Source: Candidatus Bathyarchaeota archaeon (GTDB taxonomy: Archaea > Thermoproteota > Bathyarchaeia > Bathyarchaeales > Bathycorpusculaceae). Taken from it: 64,000 bases of DNA. Below the pieces are notes generated by a model that searched no databases, was not told where the DNA came from, and saw only the letters and a list, made by a program, of their open reading frames with translations. Position 1 is the stretch's first letter. Each line of letters opens with the position of its first letter. Where the stretch lies: NCBI GenBank assembly GCA_963707955.1, contig OY970176.1, positions 1,728,001 through 1,792,000 of the forward strand, written 5' to 3'. Positions 47,208-57,932 of the stretch are shown here, piece after piece. The translations under genes and the position numbers were made by a program.

Positions 47208-48224
47208 TTGGAGAGTGCAGCGCCAGTGAAAGGCTTGACCGAAGGTGCACACTTGGTGGGGGTAGACTTGGGAGGTACCCGTGTGAGAGTTGTGCTCTCG
47301 GACGAAAAGGGCAACTTCGTTGAGAAGAGAAGCGAAGAGGTTGACAAGAGAAACGCCGAGGCGATCACTGACCAGATAGTCAAGCTTACTCGTTTCTTAT
47401 GCGCTAAACATGGCTTTGACGTCAAATCCTTACGGGGAGTAGGGATCGTGTCGGCGGGTCCTCTGATCCAAGAAGAGGGCGTGCTCTTCAAACCCCCAAA
47501 CCTGCCGTTTGACCGTGTACCCATCACGAAGCCCATCACAGAAAAGCTGGGCATACCAGCATGTTTGATCAACGATTGTGCCGGGGCGGTTCTGGGCGAA
47601 AACATGTTCGGCGCCGCAAAAGGGCTGGACAACTGCGTTTACGTAACGATAAGCACCGGTTTAGGCTGCGGAGCGATTGTTAACGGCACTTTGCTCTTGG
47701 GAAAAGATGGGAACGCCCATGAAGTCGGTCATTTCGTCATAGACTCTCAAGGCAGGCTGACATGTGGCTGCGGAAGACGCGGCCACTGGGAAGCTTACTG
47801 CTCTGGGAGAAACATTCCGAACTATGTCAGAATGCGACTCAAAGAAATGCATGCAAAAACGGTGAAGGAAAGTTTGCTGTTCAAGACATTAGAAGGCGAC
47901 CTGTCGAGGTTGGTTGCAGCTGACCTGTTCGCCTGTGCAAAAAAGGGCGATGGCCTGTCTGTCAAATTCGTCAACGAAATTGGGGTTCTGAACGCGATGG
48001 GCTTCGCGAGCGTGATAAACGCCTACGATCCGTCCCTGATCACGGTAGGTGGTACTGTAACATTGAGGAACAAGAAAATGATTCTCTCTCCAATCAAAAA
48101 ATACGTGAAGGACTACGCGATAAACAGGGTTCCGAAGATTATGGTTACACCTCTGGGCGAAAATGTCGGTGTTTACGGAGCTGTTGCAGCTGTTCTAAAA
48201 TACATACCATCCGCTGTGAAATAG
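47208..48224 (+). CDS. ROK-family sugar kinase (glucokinase-like)
   Basis: GVDLGGT, LINDC, ISTGLGCG, EVGH, CGCGRRGHWEAY. Confidence 0.93.
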   Translation: MESAAPVKGLTEGAHLVGVDLGGTRVRVVLSDEKGNFVEKRSEEVDKRNAEAITDQIVKLTRFLCAKHGFDVKSLRGVGIVSAGPLIQEEGVLFKPPNLPFDRVPITKPITEKLGIPACLINDCAGAVLGENMFGAAKGLDNCVYVTISTGLGCGAIVNGTLLLGKDGNAHEVGHFVIDSQGRLTCGCGRRGHWEAYCSGRNIPNYVRMRLKEMHAKTVKESLLFKTLEGDLSRLVAADLFACAKKGDGLSVKFVNEIGVLNAMGFASVINAYDPSLITVGGTVTLRNKKMILSPIKKYVKDYAINRVPKIMVTPLGENVGVYGAVAAVLKYIPSAVK

Positions 48225-48451
48225 TCAGAAAAAATGCGATATTTGGTCAACGGACCAAAATCAGAACCGTTGCAAATTGTCAGCCCAGGATCGTGGAAGT
48301 GCTCGTAGGATTTGAAACGCCCAAGCACGTGAAGATGCAACACAGGGGTGCTCATTCTTCTCAAGGATGCACTAGTACTGGTGTGACGGCCTCATCTAGT
48401 TCTCGTATTCAAATTTCGACTTCGACGAGATGTGTGTCAACTTATTGGGAG

Positions 48452-48706
48452 CTACTTGGTTGTTGTTGTTGCGGTTGTTGCGGTTGTTGCGGTTGTTGCC
48501 TTTGGCGTTTCCTTTTTCATCAGGGCCCATGCTGCTATTATGATGCCAATCAAACCGATGAGTCCGAACAAGCCGTAGACGTACAGATGTCTCCCTCCTA
48601 GACTGGGGGTGAAGTCGTAGGCGTTGAAGAGTTGAATTCCACCTAGTATTAGCGCGATGATAATCAGTAGTGCGCCGAGGCCCAGACCTATAGTCTTGCT
48701 GTTCAA
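48452..48706 (-). CDS. Small two-TM membrane protein with Thr/Ala-repeat tail
   Basis: Two hydrophobic segments; tail ATTATTATTATTTTK; SD-like GAGGTTGA upstream. Confidence 0.7.
   Translation of the reverse strand: MNSKTIGLGLGALLIIIALILGGIQLFNAYDFTPSLGGRHLYVYGLFGLIGLIGIIIAAWALMKKETPKATTATTATTATTTTK
48465..48499. repeat. 9-bp tandem repeat (GTTGTTGCG), about 3.9 copies
   Basis: Read directly from the sequence; encodes the Thr/Ala tail on the minus strand. Confidence 0.9.
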
Positions 48707-49073
48707 TCTTTCAACCTCTTGCCTAGGCGTTTAGAAGTAGGTGATATTTAAATTACTCGTAACTGAAGGCGCAACTGCGCGCTTGAGAGGATACGCTTTG
48801 ACCTTTGATCCTTGACTCACTGCTAGCGCGCGCTTTAAAGTCCATTTTCTTAGAACAAAACTCAGAAAACAATTGCGCCACATGTGGACGACTTGGCAAT
48901 GTTAACGTGAGCGTGCGGCATGCCCTTTGTGAAAGTGCAATGAATAGATGGAAAGCTGTCAAGCTCGTTGCTTAAGTGTTGCAGGTCAGATGCCTATCCG
49001 ACAAGGCTTTAAGTCTTATATCCTGTTATTCAGAATATTCTCGAAGAAGTGTTTGTGGGGAATGATTGAAGCT

Positions 49074-51755
49074 ATGTTGAAACGTTTTGCAGTGGTTTTC
49101 ATGGCATTGATAGTTGTTGTAAGCGTTAACAGTGTTGTCTTCAGAGTCTCTGCTGTTCCGAATTCAAGTTTGCCTCAATCAACGGGGCATAATGGTCTTG
49201 CCTCGTCCAATGGTGATCCATCTCAACTGGTTATAGGCGTAAACCATACAATCCCATGGGCTTATGACGAATTGACAGGTCTTGTTCTGAGGACAGGAGG
49301 AGAAAGCGTCGGCAACGTTTCAGTTGAAGGGCAGACTATCGCAATAGTTGTCAACGTGCCCTCAAACAATTTCTCAATTCTCTCGAATGAGCTCCAAAGA
49401 ACAGGGCTGGCCAGATATGTGGAACCGAACATGGTGTTCCAGGAACAGTTTGTTCCAAACGACCCGTACTACGTTTATCAGTGGGCTCTACCGAAGATTC
49501 AGGCTAGCTGGGCTTGGAACACAACCACAGGGAACTCGTCCATACTCGTGGCCATTGTCGATACCGGGATTGATTATAACCATCCTGACCTAGCTGGCAA
49601 CTACGTTCCGCTTGGCTATAACTGGATTAATAACAGCAATAATACGATGGACGACAATGGACACGGAACAGCTGTTGCTGGAGTAATCGCAGCAGTTCTG
49701 AACAATTCGGTGGGCATTGCAGGGATTGCTCAGGTTAGCATCATGGTTGAAAAAGCTTTGAACGCGAGTGGCATAGGCGTTGAAACCGACTTGGCGAATG
49801 CCATATTCGACGCAGTGGAAAAAGGTGCGCGCATTCTGAGTCTTAGCTGGGGCAGTAATTTTGACAGTTCGCTGATTCATGATGCGATTAGCTACGCGTA
49901 CCAGCATGGGGTTTTGGTGATTGCTGCGGCAGGAAACTCGAATTCTAATGTGAAGGTTTACCCCGCGGCCTACGACGAGGTTGTCGCTGTTGCTGCCACA
50001 GACGAGTCAGATAGGGAGGCGACGTTCTCAAACTGGGGAAGCTGGATTGGGGTTTCGGCGCCTGGAGTTAACATTTTTTCAACGATGCCCACGTACAATG
50101 TGACACTGAACGGTTACCCCTACTATGAGTCTATGAACTATGATTATTTGAGTGGCACGTCGTTGGCTTGTCCGCAGGCCGCAGGTGTGGCTGCTCTGAT
50201 TTGGAGCGCGTTTCCCAACGCGACGAGAGACTGGGTCAGAGGTCAATTAAGCTTCACGTGTGACGATTTGGGAGTCCCTGGCTTCGACGTGATCTACGGT
50301 GCTGGAAGGGTTAACGCAATGAAAGCCGTTGAACAGCAACCATTACAGCATAATGTGTTCCTGTACAGGTATGATATGCCAACGTTTATTCAGCCTGGAG
50401 ATATCGTTCCGATCAGCGTAACCGTTCTTGATTTTGGATCAAGCAACGAAAGCAACGTTAACGTAAGCCTTCTTGTCGATGGGAGCGTTGTTGATTCAAC
50501 ATTCATTCACGCTTTGGCAAGTGACTCGTTCGCCGCTCCAGTTACGCTTCTGTGGAATCCTCTTGAAATTGGGACCTACAATGTGACCATGTACGTTCAG
50601 CCCGTCACTGGTGAAACCATTGTCAGCGACAATGTAATATCAGTTCAGGTCAACGTGAATTTCTTGCTTACCTTGAGTCCGTCACGAGGACCCGTGGGAA
50701 CCGGCGTAACGGCGACGGGCGTCCAGTTTACTCCCAACAGTGTAGTGGAAATCACGTTTAATGACATGTTTTTGGGCTATGCGGCCACAGATGGCTCTGG
50801 CGATTTCACGTTCACGTTCAACGTGCCATTTTCGACGGCTCAAACGTGGGTCGTCAAGGCTTTTGACGCTAACGTCTTTGCTGAAACCGACTTCACCGTT
50901 GTCGATGTCACTCCGCTGAACGTTCAGGTAGATGTTGGCGCGCTTCAATTCAGAGGCGAAGTTGTCACGTTTCAGATCTACACGGCTTTCAACGGGTCCG
51001 CAGTCAACGCCACGGTTACAAGCGCCTTGCTGTACAAGCCTGACGGTTCGAACCAAACATTGACGGTTCAACCCGTTGCAGAAGGGCTTTTCGAGGCTTC
51101 CTACACGTTGCCCGCGGATGCTCAGACAGGCTCCTACGCGTTGGTCATAACCGCGGACTACTCGTCAAGCGTGGTTCAATCTGTGGGAACGGCGTTCAAA
51201 TCATTCTTGGTGAGCCCAACCCTCTCAGGGTGGAACGCCATGCTCACCAGCGTCAACCAAACTGTCGGAACAATCCAGACAGATGTGGGCTTAGTGAACG
51301 TGCGCCTTGACGCGCTTAACCTGACTCTAGCGCGCATTGAGGGAGACGTTGTAACGCTTAACTCCTCTTTGGGGACGATTCAGTCTGACTTGGAAACGAT
51401 AGGGTTCGAAGTCACGGCGATAAACGGGACGACAGCAACCATGGAAACTGTTCTAGGCACGGTTAACGGAACAGTGACTTCAATTAGGGATGAGGAAGCA
51501 ACTATCATAATTCAAGGAATCGGACAGGTTGAAAGTGACGTTTCCAGTTTGAAGGTTGCGCAGGGAAACTGGGCGATACCGCAGTACGCCATTCTAGCCT
51601 CAGCGCTGGTAGCAGCGGCATGTGCGTTGCTGGCGGTTGTGATGCTCAGGCGCAGGAGAGTAGCTGCGCGTGCACAAGAAGAACCCAAGAGTCCTGAGAG
51701 TCCACCTGAGAGCTCCGGCCAGGATTTGACCCCGGGGCAAGAGGGCGTCACCTGA
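49074..51755 (+). CDS. Membrane-anchored subtilisin-like (S8) serine protease with CARDB/Ig-like and repetitive stalk domains
   Basis: Signal peptide, VAIVDTG, NGHGTAVAG, AAAGNS, SGTSLACP, C-terminal TM followed by RRRR. Confidence 0.92.
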   Translation: MLKRFAVVFMALIVVVSVNSVVFRVSAVPNSSLPQSTGHNGLASSNGDPSQLVIGVNHTIPWAYDELTGLVLRTGGESVGNVSVEGQTIAIVVNVPSNNFSILSNELQRTGLARYVEPNMVFQEQFVPNDPYYVYQWALPKIQASWAWNTTTGNSSILVAIVDTGIDYNHPDLAGNYVPLGYNWINNSNNTMDDNGHGTAVAGVIAAVLNNSVGIAGIAQVSIMVEKALNASGIGVETDLANAIFDAVEKGARILSLSWGSNFDSSLIHDAISYAYQHGVLVIAAAGNSNSNVKVYPAAYDEVVAVAATDESDREATFSNWGSWIGVSAPGVNIFSTMPTYNVTLNGYPYYESMNYDYLSGTSLACPQAAGVAALIWSAFPNATRDWVRGQLSFTCDDLGVPGFDVIYGAGRVNAMKAVEQQPLQHNVFLYRYDMPTFIQPGDIVPISVTVLDFGSSNESNVNVSLLVDGSVVDSTFIHALASDSFAAPVTLLWNPLEIGTYNVTMYVQPVTGETIVSDNVISVQVNVNFLLTLSPSRGPVGTGVTATGVQFTPNSVVEITFNDMFLGYAATDGSGDFTFTFNVPFSTAQTWVVKAFDANVFAETDFTVVDVTPLNVQVDVGALQFRGEVVTFQIYTAFNGSAVNATVTSALLYKPDGSNQTLTVQPVAEGLFEASYTLPADAQTGSYALVITADYSSSVVQSVGTAFKSFLVSPTLSGWNAMLTSVNQTVGTIQTDVGLVNVRLDALNLTLARIEGDVVTLNSSLGTIQSDLETIGFEVTAINGTTATMETVLGTVNGTVTSIRDEEATIIIQGIGQVESDVSSLKVAQGNWAIPQYAILASALVAAACALLAVVMLRRRRVAARAQEEPKSPESPPESSGQDLTPGQEGVT

Positions 51756-51931
51756 TTTTTTCTCGTACGACTTTTATCTAACACGACGACTAGGTAGACT
51801 GCTGTTGAGGCATAAGGATTTCTTACGGGCTCGCTTCATATGAATGGCTCTTTGCAGAATAGTCGAGTTGAGTTTTAAACGTTTTTATTTATCTAGTAGG
51901 GTATCTTCCTTTTTGAAAAGCCGTGTGAAGA

Positions 51932-52699
51932 CTATTTTCTTCTGCCGAACGCCCAAGTTCCGATTGCTATCATGGCAAGATCGAAGCAGGTCACCACGAG
52001 GAGTTCGAGGTAGAGGGGGTACAGGGGCTGCCACGACCCGCCGAGGATCACTGTTCTCAAAGCGTCAACGGCATAAGTGAACGGGTTGCAGCTTGCGACT
52101 ATCTGCAACCAGCTTGGAACACCCGGGCCCCGAATAAGGAATAGTGCCCCACTCAGGAAGAACATTGGCATGTTAATGAAGTTCACGATCAACCCGAAGC
52201 TTTCCAAGCTTCCTATGAAACTGGCCACTGTAAGCCCGATGCTTACCAGTCCAAACGTTATTAGAATCATGATTGGCAACGCCTCTCCAAGAATCAAAGG
52301 ATTGAAAGTTATCCCCAAAAGTGCGCCCAGCACGAATACGAGTATTCCCTGAATCATGGCATCCGTGCTGGCACCCAGCAGCTTGCCTGTAAAAACGGAA
52401 AAACGCGAAATCGGTGCCACCATTATTTCCTTTAGAAAACCGAATTCTCTGTCCCATATCACGGAGATGCCTATAAACATCGACGTAAAAAGAAGTGTTT
52501 GTCCAATAATTCCAGGAAAGATGTACTGTTGATAGGTTAGCCCGGGGATCGGGATCCGAATCAAAGCGCTGAGGGCGCTCCCAAATATCACGAGCCACAG
52601 TAGCGGCTGAACAAAGCTACTCACGATTCTTGCCCTGTCCCTGAGGTAGCGCTTGATCTCGCGTAGCCAAAGGGTGTAAATCCCCCTGATCTCGGTCAT
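51932..52699 (-). CDS. ABC-2 type exporter permease
   Basis: QPLLWL, DREFGFLKEIMVAP, PMFFLSGA, NPFTYAVDALR. Confidence 0.93.
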   Translation of the reverse strand: MTEIRGIYTLWLREIKRYLRDRARIVSSFVQPLLWLVIFGSALSALIRIPIPGLTYQQYIFPGIIGQTLLFTSMFIGISVIWDREFGFLKEIMVAPISRFSVFTGKLLGASTDAMIQGILVFVLGALLGITFNPLILGEALPIMILITFGLVSIGLTVASFIGSLESFGLIVNFINMPMFFLSGALFLIRGPGVPSWLQIVASCNPFTYAVDALRTVILGGSWQPLYPLYLELLVVTCFDLAMIAIGTWAFGRRK

Positions 52700-53694
52700 T
52701 TGATGCGCCTCCTTCGAACAGCCGCCATACCATGCAGCTCCTCACCACCTTCAACACGAATCGCCCGACCAGTATAGTGTAAGAAAACATCTCCAAGGTT
52801 CGGCTCTCGCAACGAGACCGACTCAATGAAAATGCCGCTTTTCGCCGCCACTTCCACTATCCTGGGCAACAGAGCCTTTCCACCACGAACCGTGAGTTCA
52901 AGTCCGCCGCCCACTACGTTGGTCCTCAGAATGCCCGCAGTCCCAGCAACAACAGAAGAGAACTTCGACGCCTCCTTGGTGTTCACCGTTATAACGTCAC
53001 CCTCAAGCGTTAGCTTCAACGCGGCAGGAGTATCTGAAGCCACAATCTTACCGTAATCCATAATCGCTATGCGGTCAGAAAGCCTGTCAGCCTCATCCAT
53101 GTAATGTGTCGTTAAAACCATGGTAACGTCATGAGCTTTTCTCAACCCCTCAATGTGCGACCAAATGTGCTCCCGCGTCTGAGGATCAAGTCCAATCGTA
53201 GGCTCGTCCAGAAACAAAACCTTTGGAGAATGAATCAGCCCCCTCGCAATCTCCAACCGCCGCCGCATCCCGCCCGAATAAGTGCGCATTAGATCGTCAG
53301 CTCTGTCCTCAAGCTCAACAAGCTTCAAAACGCTGTCAATACGCGACTTCTGTTCACCCGGCGGCACACCATATAGATTGGCATGCATGTAAAGGTTTTC
53401 GCGTCCCGTCAGCCTGTCATCAATACTTGGATCTTGAAAAACAATTCCTATCGACTTCCGCACTTGCATATCCTGCTTGACAACATCAAAACCATTGACC
53501 CTCGCGGTTCCAGAAGTAGGTTTCAAAATGGCGCAAAGCATCGAAATCGTCGTCGTCTTCCCGGCCCCGTTGGGCCCCAGCAACCCAAAGACTTCCCCAC
53601 GCTCAACCGAAATGTTCAGCTTGTCAACTGCCACAAGGCCGTTAAAGCGTCTTGTAAGCTCGGTCGTCTCTATAGCATTGTCCAACTGCTTCAC
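52696..53694 (-). CDS. ABC exporter ATP-binding protein (DrrA-like)
   Basis: GPNGAGKTT, YSGGMRRRLEIARG, LDEPTIGLDP, TTHYMDEAD. Confidence 0.95.
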   Translation of the reverse strand: MKQLDNAIETTELTRRFNGLVAVDKLNISVERGEVFGLLGPNGAGKTTTISMLCAILKPTSGTARVNGFDVVKQDMQVRKSIGIVFQDPSIDDRLTGRENLYMHANLYGVPPGEQKSRIDSVLKLVELEDRADDLMRTYSGGMRRRLEIARGLIHSPKVLFLDEPTIGLDPQTREHIWSHIEGLRKAHDVTMVLTTHYMDEADRLSDRIAIMDYGKIVASDTPAALKLTLEGDVITVNTKEASKFSSVVAGTAGILRTNVVGGGLELTVRGGKALLPRIVEVAAKSGIFIESVSLREPNLGDVFLHYTGRAIRVEGGEELHGMAAVRRRRIK

Positions 53695-53887
53695 TTTCGA
53701 TTTTCACAACACTCTTAGCCAAAGAAAAAGCTAGGGCCACAATAAAAGTTTATGTTAAGACATTCTCTATCGACACCTTTCGCGTGGAAGGGGAGGAAAG
53801 GATCGCTGCTTGATTCTTGCGTTTGAGGCATCCAAGAATAGTTGGAGCAAAAAATACAAGTCTAAACTGTCTGATCAATGCCATGTG

Positions 53888-54946
53888 ATGAAGCAGATTA
53901 CCATTTTGGGTGCTGGTCTTTCGGGTCTAACTGCTGGAATAAACCTTGCAAGGAAAGGGTACGAGGTCGACGTTTACGAGAGAAATGAAGACGTGGGCAT
54001 GAGGTTCAACGGTGACATGCAAGGTTTAGAGAACTGGTCTGAAAGGAAAGACATCCTAGAAGAACTGAGAGAAATGAACATTGAAATCAGCTTTGACTGT
54101 GACCCTTTTTCAAAAGTGACCCTGACCAATTGCTCAAAAACCAAGGAAATCAATTCCCAAAGACCACTGTTTTACTTGGTGAAGCGGGGTTCTTTTTGTG
54201 GGACGATTGATTATAGTCTAAAAGCACAGGCGTTGAAATTAGGCGTAAACCTGCATTTTCGACGGACACTTTCCCCGGACGAAGCTGATATTGTCGCAAC
54301 AGGTCCTACATATCGGAAAGCACAGGGCATCGTTAAAGGAATTGTTTTCAACACTGATGTCGCTGACACAGCAATGGCGGTGTTTAACAACAACCTAGCT
54401 TTCAAAGGATACTCCTACCTATTAATCGCCAGAAAATACGGTTGCATCTGTACAGTAGTATTCGATGAAGTATGGCGAGCTAATGAGTGTTTTCAGAAGA
54501 CAAGAGAATATTTCGTGAGAAAACTCAATCTAAACGCAAGGTCAATCAAAGAGGTTGCCGGCGTTGGAAATTTCTCATCGAAATGTGCCAAGAAAAGGAT
54601 TCCCCTATACGTTGGTGAAGCTGCCGGGCTGCAGGACTTTCTCGGAGGCTTCGGAATGAGGTTTGCTATTACATCGGGTTATCTTGCAGCTCAAAGGTTT
54701 ATTGAAAACAGAGACTATGGAAGAATTGCGAATAGACGTTTTCAAAACAAGTTGAAAGCAGGTGTCGTCAACAGGTATTTGTGGGAAAACGTCCTATGCA
54801 AGAGAAATTATGCGTTCCTAATCAACATTGGAGACTTTGCAAAGGTCAACATGCATTCGATGTACAATTATAGTTTGTTGCAGAGAATGATTTACCCGCT
54901 CGCTTTGGCTAACTTGAAGAAAACGTACCCTCAACTTGAATTCTAG
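53888..54946 (+). CDS. FAD-dependent oxidoreductase (geranylgeranyl-reductase/dehydrogenase-like)
   Basis: ILGAGLSG, VYER, YVGEAAGLQD..GFGMRFAITSGYLAA. Confidence 0.82.
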   Translation: MKQITILGAGLSGLTAGINLARKGYEVDVYERNEDVGMRFNGDMQGLENWSERKDILEELREMNIEISFDCDPFSKVTLTNCSKTKEINSQRPLFYLVKRGSFCGTIDYSLKAQALKLGVNLHFRRTLSPDEADIVATGPTYRKAQGIVKGIVFNTDVADTAMAVFNNNLAFKGYSYLLIARKYGCICTVVFDEVWRANECFQKTREYFVRKLNLNARSIKEVAGVGNFSSKCAKKRIPLYVGEAAGLQDFLGGFGMRFAITSGYLAAQRFIENRDYGRIANRRFQNKLKAGVVNRYLWENVLCKRNYAFLINIGDFAKVNMHSMYNYSLLQRMIYPLALANLKKTYPQLEF

Positions 54947-55065
54947 AGCCAATTTTTCAATCGATTCTTCGGCTGAAGAAAGCATCATTCCGTAACTTGC
55001 AGACCCGGAGAGCTATTGAGGTGTTTTCCGCGCTGCAAGTTCGGTGCTTAAGAGTTAGTTGTGCT

Positions 55066-55734
55066 TTACACGGCGTAATGTATGTTCTTGGCAAATGTCA
55101 TTTTTATCAGTGGAGGTTTGAGGCGCTCAACTTTCACTTGGGCGAACCTTCGTTTTTGATCGCCGAGGACTTCTTGTGCCTTCTCCACGGTGATTGAATG
55201 CCCGCTCACGATTCTTATGGCATGTCGCACAACGGCGCGCATGATTGGTTTGTAGTTTTCCTTCATCCAAGCTTCACTTTGCGGCGTCAGTTCGCTGTCA
55301 AGCTCGTAGATCCATACCTCACCCTGCGGTTTCAAGACTCTGAAGAGTTCATCAAAGGCTTTCGCTTGGTTTTTCCAATGATGGAAGCTCAGGGTAGCTA
55401 CAACAAGATCCACGGACTCGTCGATGATGCCGATTTCTGCAGCGTCTCCTACGAGCAGTTCCAAGTTTTCTTTGCCAGCCTGCCGGGTCTTCTTCCGAGC
55501 TATCTTGATCATATCCCGCGAGATATCTAGGCCCACCATTCTCAGGTGCTGATTACGTAAAACAACCTTCTCCAGGAGATCTCCTGGGCCTGTTCCGATG
55601 TCCAGTACTGTTCCTGACGAAATTCGTCCAAGAATCTCATCTGCCACAGCGTCATGAAAGTCTTTGATTAAAGAAATTCTCTTCGATGCAAACCCATAAA
55701 ATTTTGCTGCCAATCCGGTGATCGCTTCTGACAT
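55066..55734 (-). CDS. Class I SAM-dependent methyltransferase
   Basis: VLDIGTGPG, GLDIS..M, GDA, SFHHW, RVLKPQG. Confidence 0.9.
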   Translation of the reverse strand: MSEAITGLAAKFYGFASKRISLIKDFHDAVADEILGRISSGTVLDIGTGPGDLLEKVVLRNQHLRMVGLDISRDMIKIARKKTRQAGKENLELLVGDAAEIGIIDESVDLVVATLSFHHWKNQAKAFDELFRVLKPQGEVWIYELDSELTPQSEAWMKENYKPIMRAVVRHAIRIVSGHSITVEKAQEVLGDQKRRFAQVKVERLKPPLIKMTFAKNIHYAV

Positions 55735-55948
55735 AAGCTGGCGCTGATGACAATGTGGAGACAACGAAAAATAGCTTTCTCAGGGCTCAGAACCATTTTC
55801 GGAAATGCTTGAAGATCTCTGTTCTTTTTTCAAGATGAGTGGAAATCCAGGAACCGCCTCCTTATTAGGTTGTGAGAATTGGATTCGACCGAAGCATTAA
55901 CTCTAAGAGCCAGGCGAGAAATACTGTGGATAGCTGTGCGGTGAGACG

Positions 55949-56818
55949 ATGAAAAGAAATGTTAAGCAGATTCTGAAGAGTAAGGCAACGGTAGAGGGCG
56001 CAGGTGTCAGACTCAAGCGAGTTTTTGGCTATAATGAAGTTCCTCTGTTTGACCCCTTCCTGCTCCTGGACAATTTTGGTTCAGAAAACCCTGAGGATTA
56101 CATCAGGGGATTTCCATGGCACCCTCATAGAGGGATTGAAACTGTCACTTATGTGCTTAGTGGAGAAGTTGAGCATGGTGACAGCATAGGTAACAGCGGG
56201 TTGATTAGAACCGGTGACGTTCAATGGATGACTGCAGGGTCAGGGATAATCCATCAGGAAATGCCCAAGAGATATGAAGGCTTGATGCAGGGATTTCAGC
56301 TTTGGGTGAACCTGCCCGCAAAAAAGAAGATGATTGACTCAAGATACCGTGGAATCACCAAAGACCAGATTCCAGTGCTGGAAAAAGAAGGATCTGAGAT
56401 CAGGGTGATAGCGGGGACCATCGATGGGACTGAGGGGCCGGTTCAAGATCTTGTGGTTGATGTTGATTATTTCGATGTGGAATTAGCTGCTTCCAAAACG
56501 TTCGAACACTCAACGGAAAGGGACCGAAACGTGTTTGCCTACGTAATTAAAGGTTCAGGCTATTTCGATGACAAACTAATCGAATCCCAACAATGTGCCC
56601 TGTTTGGTGAGGGCGACATCGTCAGAATAAAAACAAAAGATGGTATTCGCTTCTTGTTTGTATCAGGAAAGCCGTTGAAAGAACCTGTAGCTTGGGGAGG
56701 GCCTATCGTTATGAACACTCAGGAGGAGTTGGCAAAAGCCTTCCAGGAGCTTGATCAAGACACCTTCATCAGAACTGGCGGAACAGTAAAACCTTCAAGA
56801 AACTTCTATCGAAGCTAA
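55949..56818 (+). CDS. Pirin-family protein
   Basis: DPFLLLD, GFPWHPHRGIETVTY, QWMTAGSGIIHQE, QLWVNLP, GPIVMNT. Confidence 0.95.
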   Translation: MKRNVKQILKSKATVEGAGVRLKRVFGYNEVPLFDPFLLLDNFGSENPEDYIRGFPWHPHRGIETVTYVLSGEVEHGDSIGNSGLIRTGDVQWMTAGSGIIHQEMPKRYEGLMQGFQLWVNLPAKKKMIDSRYRGITKDQIPVLEKEGSEIRVIAGTIDGTEGPVQDLVVDVDYFDVELAASKTFEHSTERDRNVFAYVIKGSGYFDDKLIESQQCALFGEGDIVRIKTKDGIRFLFVSGKPLKEPVAWGGPIVMNTQEELAKAFQELDQDTFIRTGGTVKPSRNFYRS

Positions 56819-56961
56819 ACATAGATACAAGCTGGCAAGTGCCGTCCAAAAACTATATTTCCAACACCGCACAACCTCACGCAGTACAGTTGTGGACAAT
56901 GGGGCTATGCCAGTTCCAGGAGATTCTGTGAAAGGGATGGCTGAGTGAGGTTGTACTTCGA

Positions 56962-57927
56962 ATGATTCCGGTTGAAATCTCTTCTGTTAAGAAATCGTAT
57001 GGCGACGTGAAGGCGGTTGATGGGGTTTCCTTGTCGGTTAATGAAGGCGAAGTTTTCGCTCTTCTCGGCCCAAACGGCGCTGGTAAGACAACGCTGATAG
57101 AGATTTTGGAGGGTTTGCGGAAACGAGACGAGGGTACTGTGAAGGTGCTCGGTCTTGATCCATGGGGAAACAGCTATGCGCTTCATAGGAGAATTGGGGT
57201 GATACCGCAAGACTTCACGTTCTTTGACAAAGCAAACCCTAGAGAGGCGGTGGTATACTATGCGGATCTTTTTGGTGTCAGCGTCGACGTAGATGCGATC
57301 CTGAAAGAAGTTTTACTGGACGATTCGACAGAGGTCCTTTTTGAAAATCTTTCTGGAGGGCAGAAGCAGAAGCTGGGTCTTGCGCTCGCACTCGTGAATT
57401 CTGCTGAACTTCTTTTCCTCGATGAACCGACCACGGGGCTTGATCCGAACGCGAGAAGAGCGATTTGGGACGTGATAAGAGGGTTGAAAAGTAAGGGCAG
57501 AACCGTAATTCTGACTACTCATTACCTCGACGAGGCTCAGCAGCTTTCTGACAGGGTTGCTATCATGAATCATGGGCATATAGTGGCTCTGGGAACTTCT
57601 GAGGACATCATCGAAAGTCATGGTTCGGGGGAAAGGTTGGAAATCCACGGAACCGAGGAGTTGGCCGCCTACGTCAGGGCGAACACTAATCTGAAGGCTG
57701 AGTATAACGGCAAGGGTTTGGTCAGCATAGCGATTAGTCAGAAGCATGATGCGTTGGCGGCCTTGACGGCTGTCGAGCGGTCAGGACTCGAATGGCGCGA
57801 CCTTCACACACGCCGTGACAGTTTGGACGATGTGTTTGTCAAACTTGTAAGCGGAAGGATCGATGAGAAGGGCGAGATCAGAGTAGAGAATTCCGGTGAA
57901 AATTCACGTGATCAGGGGAGGCACTAG
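56962..57927 (+). CDS. ABC exporter ATP-binding protein
   Basis: GPNGAGKTT, LSGGQKQK, LDEPTTGLDP, TTHYLDEA. Confidence 0.95.
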   Translation: MIPVEISSVKKSYGDVKAVDGVSLSVNEGEVFALLGPNGAGKTTLIEILEGLRKRDEGTVKVLGLDPWGNSYALHRRIGVIPQDFTFFDKANPREAVVYYADLFGVSVDVDAILKEVLLDDSTEVLFENLSGGQKQKLGLALALVNSAELLFLDEPTTGLDPNARRAIWDVIRGLKSKGRTVILTTHYLDEAQQLSDRVAIMNHGHIVALGTSEDIIESHGSGERLEIHGTEELAAYVRANTNLKAEYNGKGLVSIAISQKHDALAALTAVERSGLEWRDLHTRRDSLDDVFVKLVSGRIDEKGEIRVENSGENSRDQGRH

Positions 57928-57932
57928 GACCA

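Noticed and set aside
48293-48601. Cys-rich ORF (CCCCGCCGCCGCC) as a metallothionein or RiPP precursor
   Set aside because: It is the antisense reading of the 9-bp repeat in the better-supported minus-strand membrane protein; no modifying enzymes nearby.
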